From positions 64,001 to 128,000 of the IMG/VR virus record IMGVR_UViG_3300021478_000015: a stretch of DNA of 64,000 bases; one strand, given 5' to 3'. The stretch comes from a virus. The translations under genes were made by a program, and so were the position numbers. Numbering within the stretch: the stretch's first letter is position 1; every line of letters begins with the position of its first letter. Positions 46,097 to 54,020 of this stretch are shown here, in pieces. The notes beneath the pieces are model-generated. The model worked only from the letters and a program-made list of their open reading frames with translations. It did not search any database and had not been told where the DNA came from.

Positions 46097-46732
46097 GTGA
46101 TTCGTGTTCCCATCTCCAGGTCGTACATCAAGCGGACGATCCGGCCCAACTATGGGTGGACGCAAGCCACGCCCAAGTCCGGGTATCTGGATCCGGCTTG
46201 GAACCGCTCCGTTCCCATCTGGCCCGGCATGGCCTTCATGCGGACCACGGGCGCGTCCGGTTACACCGGCCCGTATCAGACCTTCGGAGCCACTTCAGGT
46301 GGTCCCAACTACAGCCTTCTCAACGCCACTGGCGTCCCGGCTGGTCTGGTCGGTAACTACATCGGCGGCGAGGGCATCGATGAGCTTCTCGATACCGGTG
46401 TGTCGGCCTTGGCCGTGTGGGTCCTCGACCCTGACGCCGAGTTCGAGATCCTGGCCCCGGCCTTCGACGCCAACCTGACCTGGACCGACCCTGGCAACGG
46501 CACTGACGCCCTGGTCTACGCCCGCACCGCCAACCTGGGTGGAGCGGTAGGTCTCAACGGTCTCGGTGGAGCCATCGCAGGAGGCAGCTACACCGGCACC
46601 TACGGCCTGCAGGGTCAGCTTGTGACCGCCGCGGACGCCAACAAGTCCACCCAGCCGGTGGCCCGGCTCATCGCCGTGAACTCGAACATCTCCATCACTG
46701 TCGGCGGCCTGATGGTCCGCTCCGGCTTCTGA
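46097..46732 (+). CDS. Capsid decoration / minor capsid protein
   Basis: Directly upstream of MCP; KRTIRP.Y..TQATP...LDP.W.RSV.I.PGM and VWVL.PDAEFEILAPAFD motifs recall cluster-C homologs. Confidence 0.65.
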   Translation: MIRVPISRSYIKRTIRPNYGWTQATPKSGYLDPAWNRSVPIWPGMAFMRTTGASGYTGPYQTFGATSGGPNYSLLNATGVPAGLVGNYIGGEGIDELLDTGVSALAVWVLDPDAEFEILAPAFDANLTWTDPGNGTDALVYARTANLGGAVGLNGLGGAIAGGSYTGTYGLQGQLVTAADANKSTQPVARLIAVNSNISITVGGLMVRSGF

Positions 46733-46772
46733 TCGTCCTAGCCCTACCTCGTCACACAAGGAGTCCATCAAC

Positions 46773-47765
46773 ATGAGCATGGTTGCCACCGCAGCGGGGC
46801 TAGCGCCGAAGCGAGCCAAGAAGTCGGACGATTACGTCCAGGAGATCCTCAAGCGCCGCGGTGGGGACGGCAACGTTCCCTCCCTGACCCATGAGGCCAA
46901 GGTCCGCAAGCTCTCGTTGATCCTCCAGGACGAGGTCAACGGCATCCGCCGCCTGGGCGTGGGCATGGTCGGCCCTATCCAGCTAAAGCTGCGCTACCAG
47001 GGCATCGTCCGCAACGTGCTGATCGAGGACCCGGTCACGCCGGGCACCCCGGTGGAGTACGACGTGTGGGACGACCTCGGCCAGGCCTACCTCATGAGTG
47101 GCACCGAAGGCGAGGTCCGGGTCACTCCCTTCGAAGGCAAGCGCCTGCCCATCCGGTTCTGGCGTATCGCCTCCCGTCCGGCCATCCGCAAGGAGGACCT
47201 GTTCTACCTCCGCATCAATGCAGTCGAGCAGGCCCAGGACGAGACCAAGCAGGCCATCATGAAGCAAGAGGACAGCCGGATGATGGTGATCATCCAGGCC
47301 GCCCTCACCGACTACGCCTCCCGGCCGGACCATGTGGTCACCCCCAACCACACCGTGTACGAGGCTTCGGGGTACTTCACCCCGCAGTCCATGTACACCG
47401 CGGTGGCCCAGTCCGACATGCACGAACTGCCTGCCGGGCGCATGTTGGTCAACCCCTTTGACTACCGGGACTTCTTCCGCTGGGACATCAACACCACCGG
47501 CTGGGCCTTCAAGGACCGTATCGTGGCCGGGGAGCAGATCCAGAGCTTCGGTGAGTTCCAGTTCCAGCGTTCCATCATGGTCCCCTCGGGCCAGATGTTC
47601 CTGCTTCCCAACCCTGACTTCCTGGGTGTGTTCCCGGTCCTGTACTCGCTCGATGTGGAGGAGAACCACAACGTCGAGGCCTTCTGGAAGGGCTGGGTGT
47701 TCGATGAGATGGTGTCGATGGCCATCCTCAACCCTCGGGGTATCACCACCGTTCTCAAGGGCTAA
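46773..47765 (+). CDS. Major capsid protein (HK97 fold, Bxz1-like)
   Basis: GPIQLKLRYQGIVRNVLIED, RWDINTTGWAFKD and FLGVFPVLYSLDVEE match the Bxz1-type MCP as recalled; AAGGAG SD site; strong codon bias. Confidence 0.9.
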   Translation: MSMVATAAGLAPKRAKKSDDYVQEILKRRGGDGNVPSLTHEAKVRKLSLILQDEVNGIRRLGVGMVGPIQLKLRYQGIVRNVLIEDPVTPGTPVEYDVWDDLGQAYLMSGTEGEVRVTPFEGKRLPIRFWRIASRPAIRKEDLFYLRINAVEQAQDETKQAIMKQEDSRMMVIIQAALTDYASRPDHVVTPNHTVYEASGYFTPQSMYTAVAQSDMHELPAGRMLVNPFDYRDFFRWDINTTGWAFKDRIVAGEQIQSFGEFQFQRSIMVPSGQMFLLPNPDFLGVFPVLYSLDVEENHNVEAFWKGWVFDEMVSMAILNPRGITTVLKG

Positions 47766-47794
47766 TACTTCGGCCCCCGATGGGGTAGTGGTGC

Positions 47795-48052
47795 ATGGTG
47801 ACTGAACCTGAGGACTATCAGTACCAGAATCCACTACCTGTCGAAGAACCCGTCACTCCGGCCAATAAGCTCTCGTCCAGGGCGCATTTCGCGGCCACCA
47901 GACGGGCGGTGGTCTTCCTCTTGGGCGTGCTGGTAATCATCGATGCCTTTTTTCAAAGTCACCATGTCGTTGCCCAGTTAATCATCGGAACATTTCTGGT
48001 CGGGGTGCTTCCCATTGACGATTTTCTGGTTGCGATCAGACGACGGCGATGA
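47795..48052 (+). CDS. Small 2-TM membrane protein (holin-like)
   Basis: Two hydrophobic helices, basic C-terminus. Confidence 0.45.
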   Translation: MVTEPEDYQYQNPLPVEEPVTPANKLSSRAHFAATRRAVVFLLGVLVIIDAFFQSHHVVAQLIIGTFLVGVLPIDDFLVAIRRRR

Positions 48053-48055
48053 GGA

Positions 48056-48319
48056 ATGCGGAAGCCATCTGTCGATCTGATCGCCTTCATACTGGCGCTG
48101 ACATTGGGTCTTTCTGTGATATTGATCATCGCTGCCGTCATTATCCAGATCTTCGTAGCCTCCAACAACCCGGTGCTGAGTGCGGCTCCCAGCCAGGTGA
48201 TCGACTCAGCCGTGACTGGCATTATTGGCGTGTTGGGCAGCTACGTGGGCTACAGCATGAAACGTAAACACGACGATGACGCAACGGGTGACAATGACCG
48301 TGAGGATCGGGAGACGTGA
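48056..48319 (+). CDS. Small 2-TM membrane protein (holin-like)
   Basis: Two TM helices; IIGVLGSYVG; charged tail. Confidence 0.5.
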   Translation: MRKPSVDLIAFILALTLGLSVILIIAAVIIQIFVASNNPVLSAAPSQVIDSAVTGIIGVLGSYVGYSMKRKHDDDATGDNDREDRET

Positions 48320-48326
48320 TACGTCA

Positions 48327-48366
48327 TTGCTTGCGCCGGTTAGAGATTTGCTTGCGCCGGTTAGAG
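48327..48366. repeat. 19-bp direct repeat, two copies (period 21)
   Basis: TTGCTTGCGCCGGTTAGAG at 48327 and 48348. Confidence 0.75.
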
Positions 48367-48514
48367 GGTGGCGGGGGAACCACTTGATGTGTCAGAGAAA
48401 TCTAAAAAAGTTTCTTAGGGGGCTTTCAGGTTGCTCTTAGCTGAGCTATGGTTCGAATCTGCTGCCCTCATTTGAGGGTGGGGCATCATCACTCAGACAG
48501 AAGGAGCAAGCTGA

Positions 48515-48985
48515 ATGAACATCTTCAAACGGGGGGCTATCGCGCTCGCCGCTCTCGCCATGGCCGGAACTACCGCCGGTTTGGTCACGGCTCAGGCGGC
48601 TTCGGCTGCCCCTCCCACCGTCATCACCGCCACCAGCGTGGAGACCTCGGCCACCTTCCTGGCCCCTGGTCTTGAGGCCCTGACCTTCAACCTGTATCAG
48701 CCCAGCGTGGTCCCGCCTGGCTTCCGTCTCTTTGCCAGCGTCAGCGAACTCTGCTTGGTCGGTCCTCTCGGCAACGCCCGGTGCAACTGGCGTCTGACCA
48801 CCAACGCCCCGCCGCTGCTTCAGCAGCAACTGCGCGGCAACGCTGTCATCCCCCGTATCGGTTTCGGTCAGGCCGGTGCCATCACCGGAGGTACCAGGGG
48901 TTGGACCGGTGCCCGTGGCGTCTTCCGGTCTCTCAACATCGCTCCCAACGTGGCCAGCAACACCTACGTGTTCTCGACCCCGTAA
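48515..48985 (+). CDS. Secreted dirigent/AOC-like protein, paralog of 22457..22999
   Basis: Signal MNIFKRGAIALAALAM...ASA; AITGGTRGWTGARG; AAGGAG SD site. Confidence 0.55.
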   Translation: MNIFKRGAIALAALAMAGTTAGLVTAQAASAAPPTVITATSVETSATFLAPGLEALTFNLYQPSVVPPGFRLFASVSELCLVGPLGNARCNWRLTTNAPPLLQQQLRGNAVIPRIGFGQAGAITGGTRGWTGARGVFRSLNIAPNVASNTYVFSTP

Positions 48986-48998
48986 TCAGCCATTCACT

Positions 48999-49032
48999 GA
49001 CGATGCCCACCTCTTCCGGGGTGGGCATCGTC
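48999..49032 (+). terminator. Terminator-like hairpin
   Basis: GACGATGCCCACC / GGTGGGCATCGTC 13-bp stem just after the stop codon. Confidence 0.6.
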
Positions 49033-49048
49033 GCGTCTACACTCGGTC

Positions 49049-49306
49049 ATGGCCACTGGAGCAACCTTCGCTGTCATCAACGGGCAGATGGTTCAGGTCG
49101 GTCTCGACGGGTCGATAGCCCACAAGGCGGTGGTCGGCACCTGCATCAACTGCGGGCAGGCCAACGTGCAACTGGACACCCACTACGGCCGTCATGAGAA
49201 CGTGCGCTATGTTTGCCTGTCCGCCACCCAGCTTCCCTTCATCGACGCCAACCAGAGCGCTCTGCCCGCCAACCAGAAGGGAGCGGCTCCAAGCAAGCAC
49301 CGATGA
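49049..49306 (+). CDS. Small Zn-binding protein
   Basis: GTCINCGQ...HY...Y.CL. Confidence 0.55.
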   Translation: MATGATFAVINGQMVQVGLDGSIAHKAVVGTCINCGQANVQLDTHYGRHENVRYVCLSATQLPFIDANQSALPANQKGAAPSKHR

Positions 49307-50148
49307 CCAATCTCAAGATCAGTACGCTGGTCGATGACTTCAACAGCGGTACATGGAATCCAGCCTTATGGCAAGTCGTCCCCGCCGATGGTGGAGACAT
49401 GGTGAACGGTGGTTTTGTCGGTAACGGTGGGTCTGTAGCCGTGGTCGGTGGACAACTGTGCATCACCACTGCCATTAGTGCCGGTTCTAACTGGCGGTCA
49501 TTGGAGACTATCGGCCTTTACGATCTGACGAACTCGCAGATCACTATCCAGATGGTTAGTTACGGCGATGATGTCGCGGTGCCACAGTTGGATGCCTATC
49601 CGATGATCATATTTGATCCATCAGGGGCTTACGATTTTATCTGGACAGAGATCTACGATGGAACCTTGGTGATATGGGATGGGCAGGGTATTGGTGCATC
49701 ACTTGCCTACGATCCCGCCGTTCACAAATGGTTTCGGGTGTGGGAGTCCAGTGGTACTTACGGCTTCGACCACTCGATAGATGGCCTGACCTGGACGAAC
49801 ATCTACACCAGCGGCAGTGATCCCTTCGATCTAAGTGCTGTGAAGTTTGCTATCTGTTCCGGCAACGGTCAAGGAGTAGCGACAGCAGCCACAACTTCCA
49901 TCTTCGACAACGTCAATGTTCTGCCCCCACAGAAGCTCCACTACACCGAGCGCAACGGTGTCCTGGTCCAGGATGGGCTCAACCCCCTCCAGGGTATCCA
50001 GGACCCCGGCCCCGGCACCTGCATCAACTGCGGCCAGTACATCCCCAAGCTGAACCATCATTACTCGCAGTACTTCGGCTACATCTGCTTGCCGCCCTGG
50101 CAGCCCAACGGCACCGACCCCAGGCCCATCACCGTTCCCACTTCCTGA
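49303..50148 (+). CDS. ConA/LamG-like lectin domain protein with C-terminal Zn module
   Basis: DDFNSG.....W...YDLT.S...HKWFRV.ES.GT..FD.S.DG.TWT...FDNVN; start 49303 (ATGA). Confidence 0.55.
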   Translation: MTNLKISTLVDDFNSGTWNPALWQVVPADGGDMVNGGFVGNGGSVAVVGGQLCITTAISAGSNWRSLETIGLYDLTNSQITIQMVSYGDDVAVPQLDAYPMIIFDPSGAYDFIWTEIYDGTLVIWDGQGIGASLAYDPAVHKWFRVWESSGTYGFDHSIDGLTWTNIYTSGSDPFDLSAVKFAICSGNGQGVATAATTSIFDNVNVLPPQKLHYTERNGVLVQDGLNPLQGIQDPGPGTCINCGQYIPKLNHHYSQYFGYICLPPWQPNGTDPRPITVPTS

Positions 50149-50183
50149 CTGTCCCTGGCCGCCCCAGAGCGCCGAAGGGGTGA
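50148..50183 (+). promoter_or_regulatory. Putative late promoter motif, copy 5
   Basis: ACTGTC-N11-CAG-N5-CGAAG-GGGTGA; ATG 50185. Confidence 0.7.
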
Positions 50184-50184
50184 G

Positions 50185-50502
50185 ATGGCTACCGTCAACA
50201 AGAACCGGGCCTATCACGGCACCTTGACCGCGGCCACGGTGGACACCGTCAACTTGAGCCGGGTCTACGGCCGGGTCCAGGTCCTCAACCGGGGCGGGGC
50301 CAACGAGATCTACTGGACCACCGATGGCACCGCTCCCACCGTGGGCGGGGACAACTGCTGGGTGGTCCCTTCCCAGGTCGGGGCCTCCGACATCAGGGCC
50401 AACAGCCAGGCCCAGTCCAACACCTGCGTGGTCAAGCTGATCTCCACCGGGACCCCGACCTACTCGGTGCTGGGCGTGGACGAGACCGACATCGACCTCT
50501 AG
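50185..50502 (+). CDS. Small virion structural protein
   Basis: HGTLTAATVDTV...IYWTTDGTAPTVGGD...VKLIS beta-rich protein. Confidence 0.6.
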   Translation: MATVNKNRAYHGTLTAATVDTVNLSRVYGRVQVLNRGGANEIYWTTDGTAPTVGGDNCWVVPSQVGASDIRANSQAQSNTCVVKLISTGTPTYSVLGVDETDIDL

Positions 50503-50504
50503 AG

Positions 50505-50540
50505 CCTGTCCCTGGGCCATCCAGAGCCACGAAGTGGTGA
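50505..50540 (+). promoter_or_regulatory. Putative late promoter motif, copy 6
   Basis: CCTGTC-N11-CAG-N5-CGAAG-TGGTGA. Confidence 0.7.
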
Positions 50541-50567
50541 AGCCCCATCATCGAGGGAGATCTCCAA

Positions 50568-50882
50568 ATGGCGCGTGGTGTCAGAGTCAACAAAGCCAAT
50601 ACCAACTTGCCGAACGGGTTCTACTACCCGGTCAACGCCAACGTGGTGCTCAGCGACGATGAGTTTGCCCGGCTGGCCTTCGACGTGTTCTCCTCGGGCA
50701 CCCTCACCGACTTGGGCCAGCAAGGTGTCGCCGGGCAGCAGGTTACCACCCAGGGCGCGCACGTCGCCCTGACCTCTTCGCAGATCGCCGCTGCTCCCAC
50801 CCAGGCCAACTACAACGCCCTCCAGGCCGATGTGGCGGCCATCGTGGCCTCCCTCTCGGGGGCCGGAAAGGCCATGGCCTGA
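50568..50882 (+). CDS. Head-fibre-like virion protein
   Basis: C-terminal AAPTQANYNALQADVAAIVASL coiled segment typical of head fibres. Confidence 0.55.
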   Translation: MARGVRVNKANTNLPNGFYYPVNANVVLSDDEFARLAFDVFSSGTLTDLGQQGVAGQQVTTQGAHVALTSSQIAAAPTQANYNALQADVAAIVASLSGAGKAMA

Positions 50883-50912
50883 CCTGACGCCCGTCGCCTG
50901 ATCTTCGGCGCG

Positions 50913-50949
50913 AGGCCACACCCCCTTCGTCCTGTTCGGGGTGTGGCCT
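50913..50949 (+). terminator. Terminator-like hairpin
   Basis: AGGCCACACCCC / GGGGTGTGGCCT 12-bp stem. Confidence 0.55.
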
Positions 50950-50958
50950 TCGTCGCGT

Positions 50959-50994
50959 CCTGTCACCGGTTCGACCAGGCCTACGAAGGGATGA
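50959..50994 (+). promoter_or_regulatory. Putative late promoter motif, copy 7
   Basis: CCTGTC-N11-CAG-N5-CGAAG-GGATGA. Confidence 0.7.
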
Positions 50995-51029
50995 AGACCA
51001 TTCAAGTTCATCTCATGGAGGTAATCATC

Positions 51030-51575
51030 ATGTCTGGTTCCGGTGTTCTCATCGTTCGTAACATGCATGGGGGTCCAACCACTTTCCTTCATGAACATGA
51101 TGGGATGAAGACTCCCTACGAATGGTTCGGAGCCGGAGACATAGACGAGCGCGACATCCTCGAAGTGCCTGAGTCCATGGCCATGAGCCCCCACTTTCGC
51201 AAGGCGGTGGCGCGGGGCATCCTCAAGGTCGAGGAGGGTGACGAGGACGTGATCGCCTCGGTGAATCGGGCTGGGATGAGGTGGCAGGAGCGCCAGCTAC
51301 AAAGGCGCAACGAGATCGAGGCCCAGATGGACCGCCAGGAGGATCGCTCCATGGTGGTCATCCCTTGCCAGGCTCCTGGCCCCAGAGGATCCCTCTGTGG
51401 GGCCAGCGTGTTCGAGCGCGAGGCCACCAAGGGGGCCAAGCCCCCACTGTGCTCAGCCCACCAGCATCTCTCGACCAACTTCGTCCAGGTGGAGACGGAT
51501 GAGATCCGCAATGGCAAGGCCGTGATGATCTGGGTCGAAGCCTCCAAGACGGCCCGCAACGAAATCCCCGGATAG
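51030..51575 (+). CDS. Conserved hypothetical protein (C-terminal Cys/His)
   Basis: VRN..GGPT.F...EW.GAGD....D..EVP...F..AV.RGIL; C....CG...PPLC..H; GGAGG SD site. Confidence 0.6.
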   Translation: MSGSGVLIVRNMHGGPTTFLHEHDGMKTPYEWFGAGDIDERDILEVPESMAMSPHFRKAVARGILKVEEGDEDVIASVNRAGMRWQERQLQRRNEIEAQMDRQEDRSMVVIPCQAPGPRGSLCGASVFEREATKGAKPPLCSAHQHLSTNFVQVETDEIRNGKAVMIWVEASKTARNEIPG

Positions 51576-51584
51576 GAGATCCCC

Positions 51585-52415
51585 ATGCCTGACAAGACCG
51601 AAGAGAAGGCCCCTGCTGAAGAGGAAACCTCTGACGAGCCGGTGGTAGACGAGCGAAAGTCGGATGATGAGCCTCGGGTGGAAGGCCGCGCCGCCGAGGA
51701 GGAAGAGGAGGATCTGCGGCCCATCGCAGACCCGGAGGTGGCGGCTCAGATGGCCAAGGCCCGCGACATGGGCATCACCGGGGACCCCGATGCTCCGCCC
51801 GGCTACTTCGTGGACGAGAACCACCGGCCCAACCCCCTGGACGTGGGCACCGTCATCACCACCGAGTACCACGGGGTGTCCAGCTACGACGTGGCCTCCT
51901 ACTCCGGGGCCATCGCCAACGCCGGAGCCGATCCCTTCGAAGGGGTCGAGGTGCCCGAGAGCCCCGAGCCGCCCCCACAAATGGGAGCCACCGACTACGA
52001 CCCCACCCTGGCTCCTGGTGTCCCCACCGAGGAGGCGGTCAAGGCCCACAACGAGTCCATGGTGGCCATGCAGGAGGCGGCCATTCGGACCGCCCCTTCT
52101 GGAGCCAGCGAGTACGACCCCTCTACGCCCGGTGGCATCGCGCCCAGCGGTACCCATGTGGAGGAGTCCGCCCGGTCTGAGGCCGACAAGTCAGCCACGC
52201 CTGAGGGGACCTCGGGTGATCAGGACCCCAAGCTGGCCGAGGCCAGGGCCAAGGCGGAGGAGACCGTAGAGGCCGCCGAGGGGACCGTGGCCGCCGTTGA
52301 TGAGGCTCAGGGGGCTGACAAGGCTCAGGGGGCCAGGAAGGCCGCCAAGGCGGCCGCTCCGGCCTCTCCAGCGGGGACCAAGGACACCGCCCTGGAGGCG
52401 GACCCCAAGAAGTAA
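51585..52415 (+). CDS. Acidic low-complexity protein
   Basis: AGGAG SD site; E/A/P-rich. Confidence 0.6.
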   Translation: MPDKTEEKAPAEEETSDEPVVDERKSDDEPRVEGRAAEEEEEDLRPIADPEVAAQMAKARDMGITGDPDAPPGYFVDENHRPNPLDVGTVITTEYHGVSSYDVASYSGAIANAGADPFEGVEVPESPEPPPQMGATDYDPTLAPGVPTEEAVKAHNESMVAMQEAAIRTAPSGASEYDPSTPGGIAPSGTHVEESARSEADKSATPEGTSGDQDPKLAEARAKAEETVEAAEGTVAAVDEAQGADKAQGARKAAKAAAPASPAGTKDTALEADPKK

Positions 52416-52418
52416 CCG

Positions 52419-53096
52419 ATGCCCACCCCGTCCACCAAGCTGGGGATCAACATCTTCAGCACCGCCGATCAGTTCTCCACGGCTGCCTACAACAACAACT
52501 GGCAGATCCTGGACGGCTTTCCGGGGTTCTACATCTGCACGTCCACCACCCGCCCGGTGTGGGGAGCCAACCAGTACGGCATGCGGATCACCGAAACCGA
52601 CACCGGGCTGACCTGGATGTGGACGGGGACGGGTTGGGTCCGCAACATCGCCGCGGGCTCGGCGCTGGGAGCTTCGGGGGCGCAGGCTCGGGTGACCAGG
52701 ACCTCGAACATCGGCACCACCACCACCTGGACCCCGCCCGGCACCGGCACCTTGACCACGGCGGTGACCCAGACCGTGCATCCCCCCAACGGGGGACGAC
52801 TGCTCATGATCGTGGCCGAGGTCCCCGAGGTCGGCAATCCCAGTGGGCTGTCCTACATCGTGATCCAGCGCGACGCCACCATCTTGAACTCCTACCCGGT
52901 GTGGACCGCCCAGCAGACCGGCTCGGGCAACTCCGGTAAGGCCGGGTCGCCGGGGAACTTCGTCACCTTCGACGTGCCTGGCGAGGCCTCGGCCGTCTAC
53001 ACCCTGGCCTTCGCCGCGGCCACCGTCTCGGGTGGGACCACCACCCTGGTCGCCGCCCCCACCCGGCCCATCAGTTTGACGGTGATCGAGACATGA
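52419..53096 (+). CDS. Minor tail / fibre-like protein
   Basis: N.QILD..PG..ICTSTTRP.W...Q.G..I.ETDTGL...W.GT.W motif. Confidence 0.6.
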   Translation: MPTPSTKLGINIFSTADQFSTAAYNNNWQILDGFPGFYICTSTTRPVWGANQYGMRITETDTGLTWMWTGTGWVRNIAAGSALGASGAQARVTRTSNIGTTTTWTPPGTGTLTTAVTQTVHPPNGGRLLMIVAEVPEVGNPSGLSYIVIQRDATILNSYPVWTAQQTGSGNSGKAGSPGNFVTFDVPGEASAVYTLAFAAATVSGGTTTLVAAPTRPISLTVIET

Positions 53097-53290
53097 TCGA
53101 GACGGTCCGTCCGGGAGCCCCTTTCTATCCCTATCCCGAAGTGGGAGCACCGGTCGTAGACACCACCATCGATCCTGATCTCATACGGCAAGGGAGTGTC
53201 TTATACGCCCTTCCTACCGCCGATAGTCCAGTGGTGGAGAACACGGTAGGAAGCATCATCATAACCGGACAACCAGGCCGAGAGTATTGA
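53093..53290 (+). CDS. Hypothetical protein
   Basis: ATGA-coupled. Confidence 0.45.
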   Translation: MIETVRPGAPFYPYPEVGAPVVDTTIDPDLIRQGSVLYALPTADSPVVENTVGSIIITGQPGREY

Positions 53291-53309
53291 CCAGAACAGG
53301 ATTGAGATC

Positions 53310-53633
53310 ATGACTGATACCCCTCCAGATCCAGAAACCAGAACGTGTGATATTTGTGGTCAGACGGACTCTGATCCACATCATGTTCAGTACGTCGCTT
53401 TCAACCATCCGGTGACCGGGGAGCCGACTGATCTCTCGATTAGCCGACACCTTGATTGCTGCTCCACTGATGGTTGCGAGATTTGCGCTACTGACGTGGC
53501 TGCGGCCACCCAGGCCGGGCTCTCCATCCCGGAGTTCGTCCAGAACCGGCCCGAGGCCAACCTGCAGGCCCTGTTCGAGCAGCACAGCATCGAGACGCCG
53601 GAGTTTTCCATCCCAGGGACCCAGGAGGCATAA
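53310..53633 (+). CDS. Small Zn-binding protein
   Basis: CDICGQTD.DPHH...HLDCC...GCEIC. Confidence 0.6.
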   Translation: MTDTPPDPETRTCDICGQTDSDPHHVQYVAFNHPVTGEPTDLSISRHLDCCSTDGCEICATDVAAATQAGLSIPEFVQNRPEANLQALFEQHSIETPEFSIPGTQEA

Positions 53634-54017
53634 ATGGCCAACCTCGTTACCGTCGAAGCCAATGCCCTGCTGGCGGCCTCCTCGGGGCAAGCGGCATACC
53701 CGGCGGTCACCGCCCCGGTCAAGGTCGCCCTGGTGACCGCCACCGGCACCGCGGCTGCTCCCGGTACCGAGGTGACCGGCGGCTCCTACGCCCGGCAGAC
53801 CATCACCTTCGCGGCTCCCTCGGGTGGCTCGATCGCCTCCAACGTGGCCCTCACCTACACCAACATGCCCGCCTGCACCGTCACCGGAGTGGATGAGTAC
53901 GATAGTACAGCCACACCCGTGAGACGCTGGTTTGGCGCTCTAAGTGCATCAAAAACGGTGAATGCAGGTGATACGTTCTCGATTGCGTCGGGTAGCTATA
54001 CAAAGACCCTGAGCTAG
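53634..54017 (+). CDS. Phage tail-fibre-associated structural protein
   Basis: VAL.TA......GTEVTGGSYARQ.I.F......G.L..SKTV.AGDTF....GS motif. Confidence 0.7.
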   Translation: MANLVTVEANALLAASSGQAAYPAVTAPVKVALVTATGTAAAPGTEVTGGSYARQTITFAAPSGGSIASNVALTYTNMPACTVTGVDEYDSTATPVRRWFGALSASKTVNAGDTFSIASGSYTKTLS

Positions 54018-54020
54018 CCC

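Noticed and set aside
48418-48470. tRNA (GGTTCGAATC T-loop-like sequence)
   Set aside because: Flanking bases do not form a T-stem, and no D-arm or acceptor stem could be built.
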